Shown one piece after another: positions 10,868-20,598 of a stretch of DNA of 64,000 bases. A program made the position numbers and the translations under genes. The stretch lies in the NCBI GenBank assembly GCA_043821445.1, contig JBDRCT010000033.1:5391-69390 (forward strand), given 5' to 3'. Position 1 is the stretch's first letter. Each line of letters begins with the position of its first letter. The notes under the pieces were generated by a model that was given only the letters and a program-made list of their open reading frames with translations, ran no database searches and had not been told where the DNA came from. This DNA is from Candidatus Omnitrophota bacterium. GTDB taxonomy: Bacteria > Omnitrophota > Omnitrophia > Omnitrophales > Aquincolibacteriaceae.

Positions 10868-10975
10868 ACCCCATTACGGAAGGGTAAATCGCGTAAGAAA
10901 AATCCGTTATTTTTTTCCCGTTCCCCCACCCCTTGTTCTACTTGCTAAAATAAAGGAATCCGCTAGACTGAAGCC

Positions 10976-12028
10976 ATGAAACGCGAACAATTCATCTCTT
11001 TTTTCTTCATCGCTATCCTGGGTTTCATTATTTACGAGGTTTTTAACATCTTCGCGCCGTTCTTCACGGCTATTTTCTGGGCGGCGATCCTCGCGTTCGC
11101 GTTTTATCCTCTCTATGAAAAACTGCGCAAATGGTTCCCTAAACGGAACAATTCTATCGCACTCCTTATGACCGTTGCGGTATTCCTCGTGGTCATTCCC
11201 CCTCTCGTCTTTATTATTATCAACATGACCACACAGATCATCGAATTTTCCCAGTGGGCCTATAGTTATGTCCGCGATGGAAAGCTGGAACAACTGGTCG
11301 ACCAGGTCCGGGAGCTTCCCTGGTTTCAAAATATTCAGTCTCATATCTTCGCATCACAAACGCTCAAAGACAGCCTGTCTTCGTGGTCCCTCGGAACCAC
11401 CAAGACGCTCGGAAACCTCGCCGCGACTCAGGCCGGGGCTTTCACCAAAAACATCTTCTTTATCATTTTGAACGTTTTTTTCATGTCCTTTCTGACCTTC
11501 ATCTTTTTCAAACATGGGGAAAAGATCTACAATTTCATTTACGAGATTGCGCCGTTCGAGAAAGAGACCAAAAAGGCTCTTTTTAAACAGATCCATGAAA
11601 CGTTTGTCGCAGTCATCCGGGGACAGCTCCTGACAAGTGTCACACAAGCGGCCGTGGCGGGCATTACTTTTACAGCTTTGGGGGTCCCACTCCCGCTTTT
11701 TTTCACATTCCTGATCTTCCTGACCTCGCTCATCCCAGTCCTCGGCGCGGCAAGCGTGTGGTTCCCGATCGCAGTCTATCTTTTGATCATGCAGCTCTAC
11801 GGCAAGGCGATCGCTCTTTTCGTGGTGGGTTTTCTCGGGATCAGCTTAATTGATAATTTCATGAAACCGGCAATCATCGGAGAGAGAACCAAACTCCCCT
11901 ATTTTCTTCTTTTCTTTGGGATCATGGGGGGTATGAAATTTTACGGCCTGATGGGGATCTTCCTGGCACCAGCAGTACTTTCGATCTTTTTTGCGTTGAT
12001 CAAGATCTACCGCGAAAAATACGTCTGA
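10976..12028 (+). CDS. AI-2E family transporter
   Basis: Multi-TM; IPVLG, DNFMKP, GLMGIFLAP motifs. Confidence 0.9.
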   Translation: MKREQFISFFFIAILGFIIYEVFNIFAPFFTAIFWAAILAFAFYPLYEKLRKWFPKRNNSIALLMTVAVFLVVIPPLVFIIINMTTQIIEFSQWAYSYVRDGKLEQLVDQVRELPWFQNIQSHIFASQTLKDSLSSWSLGTTKTLGNLAATQAGAFTKNIFFIILNVFFMSFLTFIFFKHGEKIYNFIYEIAPFEKETKKALFKQIHETFVAVIRGQLLTSVTQAAVAGITFTALGVPLPLFFTFLIFLTSLIPVLGAASVWFPIAVYLLIMQLYGKAIALFVVGFLGISLIDNFMKPAIIGERTKLPYFLLFFGIMGGMKFYGLMGIFLAPAVLSIFFALIKIYREKYV

Positions 12029-12105
12029 CCTTCCGGAATATTTTTCCTTCTTAAAGTCCCCCGCCCCGTCCGACGGGCAAGGCAACCCGGGGAATTGACC
12101 CTCTC

Positions 12106-13212
12106 CTAATCTCCGAGGATCTTTGTCCCCTGACCGATCTGGATGCCTTTCATCAGAGATTGAAGATCTTCCGGCGATGGGCTCGCGGCGATCGCGGTCT
12201 CTTGGCTGATCCGCCCGGTTTTCCAAAGTTCCAAAAGCGACTGGTCCATCGTCTGCATCCCTCCTTCACGGGCATTGCGGATCGCCTGCGGGATCTTGTC
12301 GATCTTTTTTTCGAGGATCAACTGCTTGATCGTATAATTTCCCAAAAGCACCTCGACAGCCGGCACGAGTGTTTTCCCGTCTTTGGCCCCTAAAAGTTTC
12401 TGAACCATAATGCATGATATGTTGGCCGCAAAATAACGTAAGATTGCTTCTCTCTCCGGGGGGGGGAAGAACCCCAAAACGCGATCAAAAACCTGACTCG
12501 CGGATTGGGCGTGAACGGTGGAGATCACAAGCCTCCCTACCTCGGCCGCGGAAAGTGCGAAGCTGAAGGATTCCGCGTCCCGCATCTCACCGATCACGAT
12601 GACGTCGGGAGACTGACGCACCACGTATTTCAGGGCCGAACTAAAACTTTTTGCATCTCGCCCGATCTCGCGCTGCTGAATGAGACACTTTTCGTCTTCG
12701 TGTATATATTCAATAGGGTCTTCGATCGTGAGAATATGTTTCTGGACACTTTCGTTCATGGTCCGGATCATGGCCGCCACTGTGGTGGTCTTCCCGGAAG
12801 AGACCGTCCCCCCGATCAAAACAATACCGGATTTTTCGAGTGCGACCCTTTTTAGAATGGGAGGTAGCCCGAGATCTTCAAAACTCGGCATGCCTCTCCA
12901 AAGCAACCGGAACACCAGGGAGATCTCTCCCTGCTGGAAGAAGGCATTGGCCCGAAAACGGCAGTCTTTTTCGCGAAAGGAGAGGCCAAAATCCACACTT
13001 TTATTTTTTTGAAGGATCTCCTTCTGTAGGAGATCCAGAAGCTCACCCACAAGCTCACGGATCTCTGTTGCAGAAGGCGCCTTCAAGGGTAGCACTATCA
13101 CCTGTCCGCCAAGACGCATACGGGGGGGCGTACCGGCCTTTAAAAAAACGTCCTGCCCTCTTTGTTCAATGACCTTTTCAAGGTAGTATTTCAAGAAAGC
13201 ATTCGTGTCCAT
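12106..13212 (-). CDS. PilT/PilU family type IV pilus ATPase
   Basis: Walker A GTVSSGKTT, TIEDPIE, QSPDVIVIGEMRD, GMQTMDQ. Confidence 0.9.
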   Translation of the reverse strand: MDTNAFLKYYLEKVIEQRGQDVFLKAGTPPRMRLGGQVIVLPLKAPSATEIRELVGELLDLLQKEILQKNKSVDFGLSFREKDCRFRANAFFQQGEISLVFRLLWRGMPSFEDLGLPPILKRVALEKSGIVLIGGTVSSGKTTTVAAMIRTMNESVQKHILTIEDPIEYIHEDEKCLIQQREIGRDAKSFSSALKYVVRQSPDVIVIGEMRDAESFSFALSAAEVGRLVISTVHAQSASQVFDRVLGFFPPPEREAILRYFAANISCIMVQKLLGAKDGKTLVPAVEVLLGNYTIKQLILEKKIDKIPQAIRNAREGGMQTMDQSLLELWKTGRISQETAIAASPSPEDLQSLMKGIQIGQGTKILGD

Positions 13213-13391
13213 GAGACTCCTTTCATGCTGTGCACCCTTCAAAGCGGCGATTCATTTTAACAGTCTGACAAGGACACCGCAATAGTCCTTTCGCTTTGGA
13301 GAGAAAAATAGGTTTCCTTTTTATAGCGAACTTGGCTATCATGAGAACACTTTTGCTTGAAGGGACACATAAACCTTTGAGGGCGCGCAGC

Positions 13392-14774
13392 ATGAGGATC
13401 ACGGAGAAGACCCCGGTCGGAGAGATTTACAAAAAAGCCTACCAGCTTTACCAACTCCGCATTCTCGCTATTCTCTTCCTCATCCCCCTTTATGTTCTGA
13501 CCTGCAAGTGGGGAAATTTCACGGTCGAAAACCTTTGGCCGCTTTATCTTGTGATCACGATCGAACTCTTCGTAAACCGTCCTTATAAGATCTTTTTCCG
13601 CGATTCCCGATCGGGGACCGAAGCCCTGGTCGGTTCGGTCATTATCGACTTCTTGGCAGAAACAACTGCTTTGCATCTTCTGGGGAACGTGGATCTTTTC
13701 ATTTACACTTCCTGTTTCTTCATCTCCATCGTTTACTGCGCGTTGAATCTACCGACCATCCTGACCCTGCAAATGGCCACGCTTGCCTCGGCCCTTTATG
13801 CGGGGCTGATCGTTCTCGGACGTTTTCATGTTATCCCTAATACCGTCTCGTTCGGCCCCGGCTTGAGTCCGGTCCAGGAAACCGCCATTATCTTCCGGCA
13901 CATCGCTTTCTTTTACTTGATCGCGATCTTTACAGGACTCCTTGCTTCGGCTCTTGTGAAAAAGGACGATCGTCTTGAGGAACTTCTTCGGGAACTCCGA
14001 AAAACAAGCGCTAGCGTCAAGTACGCTTACCACATACAAACCGATTATTTCGCCCGTATGAGCCATGAGATCCGGGCACCGTTGAACTCGATCCTAGGCT
14101 TTTCCCAGCTCTTACTCGAAAGCCAAACCGAACCGCTCACGGAAAAACAAAAGGACTTCCTTTCCCGCGTCGAGCGCAGCGCCAGGCATCTTCGCGAACT
14201 GATCAATGACATCCTTGATCTGTCAAAGATCGAATCCAAAAAAGCGCGGCTGGAACTCCGCGAGATCGAGCTCGTCAAGATCATCCATACAGCGCTCGAA
14301 GTTTTTAATGAAGAAGCTCTCACAAAACGTTTGCTCCTTGGATTTACAAAAAAACCGGCCAGTCTCCGAATCACGGCGGACGAACTCAAGATCAGGCAGG
14401 TGCTCTACAATCTCCTCTCGAACTCTCTCAAATTCACCCGTCAGGGCTTTGTCTCTATCGCCTTGGAAAAAGAGACCGATGGCGGAGCAAGAATCACGGT
14501 CGAAGATTCGGGACCGGGAATTGCCTCGAAAGATCAGGCGGCCATCTTCCAACCTTATGAGGTGACAGGGCGCATGCTTAGTGAGGGCGGCCATAAGGGG
14601 ACAGGATTGGGACTCGCCATCAGCAAACAGTTAGTGGAAATGCACGGCGGAAAAATCTGGGTCGAAAGCGAGTCCGGAAAAGGGGCCCGGTTCGTTGTCA
14701 CACTCCCCCCAACGCCTCCAGCACCGAAGCCCGAGGAAAACGCTTTGCCGGCAGACCCCACCGCGACCGCTTAG
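13392..14774 (+). CDS. membrane sensor histidine kinase
   Basis: Several TMs, MSHEIRAPLN H-box, N-box NLLSNSLKFT, G-box GTGLGL; start uncertain. Confidence 0.9.
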   Translation: MRITEKTPVGEIYKKAYQLYQLRILAILFLIPLYVLTCKWGNFTVENLWPLYLVITIELFVNRPYKIFFRDSRSGTEALVGSVIIDFLAETTALHLLGNVDLFIYTSCFFISIVYCALNLPTILTLQMATLASALYAGLIVLGRFHVIPNTVSFGPGLSPVQETAIIFRHIAFFYLIAIFTGLLASALVKKDDRLEELLRELRKTSASVKYAYHIQTDYFARMSHEIRAPLNSILGFSQLLLESQTEPLTEKQKDFLSRVERSARHLRELINDILDLSKIESKKARLELREIELVKIIHTALEVFNEEALTKRLLLGFTKKPASLRITADELKIRQVLYNLLSNSLKFTRQGFVSIALEKETDGGARITVEDSGPGIASKDQAAIFQPYEVTGRMLSEGGHKGTGLGLAISKQLVEMHGGKIWVESESGKGARFVVTLPPTPPAPKPEENALPADPTATA

Positions 14775-14792
14775 TACCGCTCGCCAGCAGTG

Positions 14793-15104
14793 CTAGACTT
14801 TTTTCATCCCTTCGCAGTAATGTTGACTTCTCTCTGTTTGCCAACTCAAAGGAAAGTCGCGGCACTGCGCGGGTCTCGCAGCATAGACCGTACATCCGTT
14901 GGCCCCCTCAAAAAGGCATGTCTCATTCGGACGCTTTTTAAGTGCGAGATGCTGCCGATCCATGAGAAGGCATTGCGCTTCCGTGAATTGGTAAATGTCC
15001 ATCTCGAGATACGCGGCAAGACGTTCGGCATCTCCCTCTTTAAGATAGACAAAGCCGGGCTGTCTGCAACAGGCGTTGCAACGCTGGCATTGGAAGGCGG
15101 CCAT
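14793..15104 (-). CDS. YkgJ-family cysteine cluster protein
   Basis: FQCQRCNACC...CLF...CTVYAARPAQCRDFP. Confidence 0.85.
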   Translation of the reverse strand: MAAFQCQRCNACCRQPGFVYLKEGDAERLAAYLEMDIYQFTEAQCLLMDRQHLALKKRPNETCLFEGANGCTVYAARPAQCRDFPLSWQTERSQHYCEGMKKV

Positions 15105-15110
15105 AGGAAA

Positions 15111-15178
15111 AGGATAGAGGAAGGATAGAGGATGGGGGATGGCATTAAACGGCTCCATCTTCCATCCACCGTCCACCG
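15111..15178. repeat. degenerate heptamer-repeat hairpin
   Basis: GGATAGA/GGATGGG units then CCATCTT/CCATCCA/CCGTCCA units. Confidence 0.55.
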
Positions 15179-15192
15179 CCCCGTTTTCGGAG

Positions 15193-15534
15193 TTATTTCC
15201 CGAGTTGTTGTTCGACGAAATCACCGACCACGGGTAATTTGTAACGCTCGCCTTTGTAGGCCTTCACCATCAACACGATCCAGAGTACGATGCTGAGGGG
15301 CCAGAGAAGCAGGTTGGCCAGGACTCCCAGAACCGGAATGAACCCGATTACCAAAGTGATGATGAAAAGACCGAGAAACGTCACGAGAGACTGCATCGCG
15401 TGGAAACGTACGAAAGCGTTTTTCTGCTCAAGTAACAGAAAAACAAGCCCCGTGACCCATCCCAGAGCATAGCAGAAAAGCCCTTCGAGATTCTCCGTGA
15501 CACCCAAAACCGTATTTTTATTTTCGTCTGCCAT
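15193..15534 (-). CDS. DUF4870-like membrane protein
   Basis: FVRFHAMQS and KAYKGERYKLP motifs. Confidence 0.85.
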   Translation of the reverse strand: MADENKNTVLGVTENLEGLFCYALGWVTGLVFLLLEQKNAFVRFHAMQSLVTFLGLFIITLVIGFIPVLGVLANLLLWPLSIVLWIVLMVKAYKGERYKLPVVGDFVEQQLGK

Positions 15535-15555
15535 CTGGAACCCCCTTATTTTTTA

Positions 15556-15637
15556 GTCCCAATACCTATCAATCTCAAACTTTTTGAAATTGGGGCAATC
15601 CTTGTCAATCATTTAGAAAAAAATACAAGACAAGGAT
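15556..15637. repeat. two hairpin units (42-nt family)
   Basis: GTCCCAATACCTATCAAT..ATTGGGGC (41 nt) plus ATCCTTGTC..GACAAGGAT (40 nt). Confidence 0.85.
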
Positions 15638-15833
15638 AGAAGCTCATTGCGGAATATTGTACCTCACTTCCAGGAAAAAACGATACCCTTCTTTCTCTGG
15701 CAAGATTAAAATAGGCCCTGTTCCGCCGACAATGCTTCACATCCCGTGTTGTGAAATATGAGACTTGCATATCATGCGCCGGATGTGGAAGGGGTGGCCA
15801 CTTGCCCCCCTCATTCCAAAAAAGGAGACAGTT

Positions 15834-16229
15834 ATGCCTACCGTTTTCACCAAAATCCTCGCGGGAGAGATCCCCGCCCACAAGATCCTTGAAAATGACG
15901 CATATCTCGCATTCCTTGATATTCGTCCCATAAATCCAGGTCACACGCTCGTCATTCCAAAACAAGAGATCGATTACATCTTTGATATTGAAGATGACCT
16001 TTTGAAAGGACTTGTCGTCTTCGCTAAGAAAGTCGCCAAGGCCCTCGGCAAGACCATCCCCTGTAAGAAGGTCGGCGTGATGGTCGCAGGGCTCGAAGTC
16101 CCCCACGCACACATCCATCTGATCCCGATCATGGAAAGCCTTGCCGAACTTAATTTCGCGCGCGCAAAGGCCATGCCGCAGGAAGAACTCGCTGTGATCG
16201 CTGCAAAGATGCGAGCGAACCTAAGGTAG
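15834..16229 (+). CDS. HIT family protein
   Basis: GHTLVIPK, EVPHAHIHLIP; SD AAGGAG. Confidence 0.93.
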   Translation: MPTVFTKILAGEIPAHKILENDAYLAFLDIRPINPGHTLVIPKQEIDYIFDIEDDLLKGLVVFAKKVAKALGKTIPCKKVGVMVAGLEVPHAHIHLIPIMESLAELNFARAKAMPQEELAVIAAKMRANLR

Positions 16230-16231
16230 GT

Positions 16232-16828
16232 TTAGACGGTTTTTAGGAAAGCCAAGAGGAGTTCGTCGTAGGTGTTCGTGACCGGAAATCTCGGAAATTG
16301 GCGAACGATCTTCTCAGGAGGACGAAAAAGTATCCCCTGGTCGGCGGCCCGGAGCATGGCGATGTCGTTATAGGAATCCCCCGCAGCGGCCACCTTGAAT
16401 CCAAGACTTTGGATCCCCCGCACAGCTTCTCTTTTTCCATTCTTTTGGCGTAAGTGGTAATTCGCAATAAAACCCCTTGGGTCTGTCGAAAGCCAATTGC
16501 AAAAAAGGGTTGGGTATCCCAGTTTTTTCATCATCGGTCCGGCAAATTCGTAATAAGTGTCGGAAAGAACGATCACCTGATATCTTTCCTGAAGTTTTCG
16601 CAAGAATTCCTTCGCCCCCGGAAGCGGATTCATGCGCCTGATCACAGCTTGGATAGTGCAAAGCTTGATCTCCTCTTTCTTCAGGATCGCAAGCCGGTAG
16701 CGCATGAGCTTGTCGTAGTCGGGCTCATCGCGCGTGGTGATCTCCAGCGCTTTGATGCCGGTCTTCCTCGCGACGTTGATCCATATCTCCGGGATCAACA
16801 CACCTTCCAGATCAAGACAACAGATCAT
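16232..16828 (-). CDS. thrH: phosphoserine phosphatase / homoserine phosphotransferase
   Basis: CLDLEGVLIPEIW, TTRDEPDYDKLM, AAGDSYND. Confidence 0.93.
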   Translation of the reverse strand: MICCLDLEGVLIPEIWINVARKTGIKALEITTRDEPDYDKLMRYRLAILKKEEIKLCTIQAVIRRMNPLPGAKEFLRKLQERYQVIVLSDTYYEFAGPMMKKLGYPTLFCNWLSTDPRGFIANYHLRQKNGKREAVRGIQSLGFKVAAAGDSYNDIAMLRAADQGILFRPPEKIVRQFPRFPVTNTYDELLLAFLKTV

Positions 16829-16946
16829 GTTTTACTCCTCCGATCGGTTCGAGGCGGGAATTATATCCGAACGCGGAATCTTTGAGAAACAATCTTTTGC
16901 GGCATCTTACTTCAAGCAATCGATAATCCCCATGCGAGGACGCGCG

Positions 16947-17774
16947 CTAGGCAAAATGATTCACGGGTCCCACGCCATGCCCGAAGCCGGGACCCGTGCG
17001 AATGGCGCGTGTGATGAACTTTTTGGCAAGTGTGATCGCTGAAAAAAGGTCCTTTCCTTTGGCGAGTTCGGCGGTAATGGCGGCAGAGTACGTGCAGCCG
17101 GTCCCATGCGTATGCCGCGTCCTGATCCGGGGAGCTTTGAATCTATGGATATGCCCTTCGCGCCACAAAAGGTCCATGGCTTCCCCTTTCCGCCACAATG
17201 CGCTGGACGGATCCGTCCTCTGGCGGAGAAGATGGCCTCCTTTGATAAGCACTGCTTGGGGACCGAACCCGGCAATGATCCGCGCGGCTTCCTCCATGGA
17301 TTCCGGATCACGGACCTTGATCCCGCTCAAAACTCCGGCTTCACCAAGATTGGGCGTGACCAAAGCGGCGTAAGGCAGCAGTTCTTTGATAAAAATATGA
17401 ACATCGCTTCGCTTGAAAAGCGGCGCACCGTGCTTGCTCACCATGACCGGATCCACCACGAGAGGAAACCGGAATTTCCTGGCTGCCCTCGCGACCTCCC
17501 GGAGAATCTTTTCATCTCCTAATGCTCCCGTCTTGGCCGCTTGGGGCGGGATGTCCGCAAGCACGGCTTCGAGTTGACGGATCACTTGGGCAGGTTTCAT
17601 GACATAAACGGCCTGGACACCGCGTGTGTTTTGAGCCGTGAGAAGCGTGATCACCGCCATTCCGTAGACCTTATGCTGATGGAAGGTCTTGAGATCGGCT
17701 TGAATGCCAGCTCCGCCTGAAGGATCGGAACCGGCGATGGAAAGTGCTCTCGGGATGAGTGGTGCTGCGTTCAT
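16947..17774 (-). CDS. thiD: hydroxymethylpyrimidine/phosphomethylpyrimidine kinase
   Basis: IAGSDPSGGAGIQADLK, KGGH, HGTGCT, GPVNH. Confidence 0.95.
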   Translation of the reverse strand: MNAAPLIPRALSIAGSDPSGGAGIQADLKTFHQHKVYGMAVITLLTAQNTRGVQAVYVMKPAQVIRQLEAVLADIPPQAAKTGALGDEKILREVARAARKFRFPLVVDPVMVSKHGAPLFKRSDVHIFIKELLPYAALVTPNLGEAGVLSGIKVRDPESMEEAARIIAGFGPQAVLIKGGHLLRQRTDPSSALWRKGEAMDLLWREGHIHRFKAPRIRTRHTHGTGCTYSAAITAELAKGKDLFSAITLAKKFITRAIRTGPGFGHGVGPVNHFA

Positions 17775-17842
17775 TTTATTTTTAGAGGATCGTGGTTCGG
17801 CAGGCATCCTCGATGGAAGTCATCAATTCCATGGGGGGCGCT

Positions 17843-18337
17843 CTACTCGAGGACTTGTTTGAAAAATTTGACGAACATTTCGGGGGTAACGCCAGTTGAA
17901 AGTTGTACGGCCCTGCCAGGCTGGGGCGGGTGAAGGAAAAAAGATGGATATCCGCGGACCCTGTATTGAAACGCGATATCATCCTCGCGTCTCCCGGATT
18001 CGGGATTGATATTGACTTTGATCATGTCCTTCATCATATCTTTGACAAGAGGCGACGACAGCACCCCTTTTTCGAACTTGCGGCAATAAGGGCACCACCT
18101 GACGCTCATATAAACGACCATCGGTCTATTGGTCTGCTTGTATTCTTCGACCGCCTGATCGTACCCGGAAGCACCCTGGTACCAACCCTCGGACCACTGA
18201 CCCGTAGCCGGTGCCCCGGCAGGCGTTGAAACGAATGGTGTGTACGATGCCCGTGGATCTTCGGCGTAGCATTCCGAACCCATGAGTAGAAGAGATAACA
18301 AAAAGAGCGAAACGATTTTTCTAGAATTCACATTCAC
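17843..18337 (-). CDS. exported thioredoxin-like protein
   Basis: Signal peptide, WCPYC, cis-Pro GYPSF. Confidence 0.85.
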   Translation of the reverse strand: MNVNSRKIVSLFLLSLLLMGSECYAEDPRASYTPFVSTPAGAPATGQWSEGWYQGASGYDQAVEEYKQTNRPMVVYMSVRWCPYCRKFEKGVLSSPLVKDMMKDMIKVNINPESGRREDDIAFQYRVRGYPSFFLHPPQPGRAVQLSTGVTPEMFVKFFKQVLE

Positions 18338-18452
18338 CCCGTTAGAGATAGGAAACGTTTTTAAATAAACGCTTCCGTTTATGGCACAAATGCCCGCCTA
18401 AAGTTCATTCCCCTTCTATGGCAAATCGCCCGCAGAAAAATCTCTAACGGGG
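18337..18452. mobile_element. MITE-like CCCCGTTAGA element (non-coding copy)
   Basis: 13-bp inverted ends CCCCGTTAGAGAT / ATCTCTAACGGGG. Confidence 0.8.
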
Positions 18453-18615
18453 CAAGCCTCCCGAAATATTTTTTATATTCTAACATGGAGTCTCCCGGAA
18501 AATACGTTTCTTTTCAAACTCTAACCCCCTCATGCATTCGAGCGAGATTGCGAAGACATTTAGCCCTTTAAAAAAGCAGCGAAGTAGCGGGGTTTCTGGA
18601 TCCGAGGCAAACCCT

Positions 18616-19065
18616 TTACACCGTCTGAGCCGACTTCATGAGCCGTTCCAGGAACGAAGCCGTAAACGTCATGACCGCGATCGATAGAAGCGCGATACTA
18701 ATAACAACAACGGTCCAGACGATCTTCGATCGGTGCGAAAATTTCTGACTCTGCCATAAAAGAGGAAAAGCGAACGGACCGATCACGAGAAGCATAACAA
18801 TTACATAAGGAATCGCATCTTCTGAAAAAGTCCGCGGTCGACCTGAGGCAGTCTGGAAAGCATCCAAAGCCGCAGGGATCATCACGGCCAAATAGATCCC
18901 CCCCATTAAAAAGCAGGCCACTGCCGTGTGGCTGATGATCAGACTCACCGCGACCCCGACCCCCATACATAAAAAAGTCCATCCTTTGGCTCGTTCCCCG
19001 AGATAGATCTGACCGAGACCTGGAATAACCAATGAATAAAATAAGGCGAGACGGGGATCTTTCAT
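18616..19065 (-). CDS. membrane hypothetical protein (PGLGQ motif)
   Basis: IPGLGQIYLG plus four to five TMs. Confidence 0.7.
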   Translation of the reverse strand: MKDPRLALFYSLVIPGLGQIYLGERAKGWTFLCMGVGVAVSLIISHTAVACFLMGGIYLAVMIPAALDAFQTASGRPRTFSEDAIPYVIVMLLVIGPFAFPLLWQSQKFSHRSKIVWTVVVISIALLSIAVMTFTASFLERLMKSAQTV

Positions 19066-20117
19066 GCAGGGGCTTGAGTTCCGGTAGGTATTATTTTCTT
19101 TTCAAGGAATTTTCCGCTCCGTTCGATCTGGAATACTTGTACTTCCCCATCTTTTTGGGCCAGGATCGCACGGTAATAGTTCTTCCAGCCGTCGAGCAGA
19201 AAGTTATTCTGTTTGAGCAGGATATCCCCCGGCAAAAATCCTTCCCGTGCTGCCGGAGAACCGGCGCGCACCTCTGTGATCTTAAATCGGAGTGTTTTGG
19301 GATCACGCTCCACACGGAATCCCATATGGGGCGCATCGGAATTCAGAAAAAAAATGCTCACTGGCAATTCCATTTCTCCCTCCTCACGAAGGATCGTGAA
19401 TTTCTTGAGGGATTCGCCCTGAACATTCAAAAAGAACCCGAAGAGATTCCCGGGCGTCACGTCCTGACCCGCGATCTTCAAGAGAACATCCCCATTGCGG
19501 AGCCCCTGTTCGTAAGCAAGCGTTGAGGGATCGGCCCCTGCAATGAAATAATGCGCCGTCTTGTCATCATAATGAAGATCGCAACCCAAGATCACGCTTT
19601 TGATGGCCGGAAACTTCGCCTCCACAAGCCGTTCATGAATATTCTTGCCCAGCAGTCCTTCGAACCTGCCGCGAGACCCGTCCTTCTTCCGGAAGCCCTT
19701 GGATGAAAAACCGGTTTTCCTTTTAAAATAGGCTCGGATCCCCACGACGGTCATAGTCGGATCTTTTTCCACAATGCCGATCTCGAGCGCGCAAAACCCG
19801 CTTGAGGACAGGCTTGGGGCTTTGGCCCACTCTTTATACTCTTTTTTATACAGAGGAAATGTCGCGGATTGGATATAACCACGGGCTTTGTCGGCCGTGG
19901 CGAGCGGAATCTTCTCAGCCTCCAGCGTCGCGAGCGTGGCGTTCCAGACCTCTTCAAAATTCCCGGGCAACGGGAACGAGCGGCCTTCGGACTTCGAGGA
20001 AGAGAGGGAAAATCCGGAAAAAAGAAGGCATAAAAAAAGCAGGCCGCAAAGTTCCCACGGCCTGCTTTTTTTAAAAGAAAGAACGGATCCCAAAGAATTA
20101 ACGCTCGAGCGTCTCAC
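19062..20117 (-). CDS. exported tandem PDZ domain protein
   Basis: GLRNGDVLLKI and GSPAAREGFLPGDILL PDZ signatures; start uncertain. Confidence 0.75.
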   Translation of the reverse strand: MRRSSVNSLGSVLSFKKSRPWELCGLLFLCLLFSGFSLSSSKSEGRSFPLPGNFEEVWNATLATLEAEKIPLATADKARGYIQSATFPLYKKEYKEWAKAPSLSSSGFCALEIGIVEKDPTMTVVGIRAYFKRKTGFSSKGFRKKDGSRGRFEGLLGKNIHERLVEAKFPAIKSVILGCDLHYDDKTAHYFIAGADPSTLAYEQGLRNGDVLLKIAGQDVTPGNLFGFFLNVQGESLKKFTILREEGEMELPVSIFFLNSDAPHMGFRVERDPKTLRFKITEVRAGSPAAREGFLPGDILLKQNNFLLDGWKNYYRAILAQKDGEVQVFQIERSGKFLEKKIIPTGTQAPA

Positions 20118-20475
20118 CCTTCATCGCCACCTCAGGCCCCACCGGAACCTTAAAAAAAGCGTCCGAGGCGCTCCAGATGTGGTTGAACATCAGGATCCCG
20201 ATACCGACCCAGATCACGGGATAACCGACGAGCGTTCCGAGAAGGATCGTGGTCACAATGCCCCCGATCTCGAGAACGATCATGGTACCGGTCTTGATCT
20301 TGCCGCTCTTGGTGTCCATTTCGTTGTTCAGGTATTGCCCCCAACCCGGCAGCACCAACGATGCCGCGCCGCGGGTCAAGCTTTTGTCCGCGTTGCCTTC
20401 TGCGGCATAAGCCACGCCGCTTACGGCCATGAACATGGCCACGGCCACCGTCATACTAATGATCTTCTTGAACAT
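20098..20475 (-). CDS. small membrane hypothetical protein
   Basis: Signal peptide, SLVLPGWGQY, TMs; SD GGAGG. Confidence 0.7.
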   Translation of the reverse strand: MFKKIISMTVAVAMFMAVSGVAYAAEGNADKSLTRGAASLVLPGWGQYLNNEMDTKSGKIKTGTMIVLEIGGIVTTILLGTLVGYPVIWVGIGILMFNHIWSASDAFFKVPVGPEVAMKGETLER

Positions 20476-20598
20476 AATCGCCTCCCTTTGTTTATTTCTA
20501 TGACGCCCCTAGTTATCGACCATTCCTCGAGAAGTTTAATTACAAGCCTACGCCGCGTCAAGAATCTCTTTAGAACAGAAGCCTGAAGTGCTGAAGGC

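Noticed and set aside
10868-10910. Degenerate CCCCATTAC element after hldD
   Set aside because: There is no matching right end and the match is too short to support.
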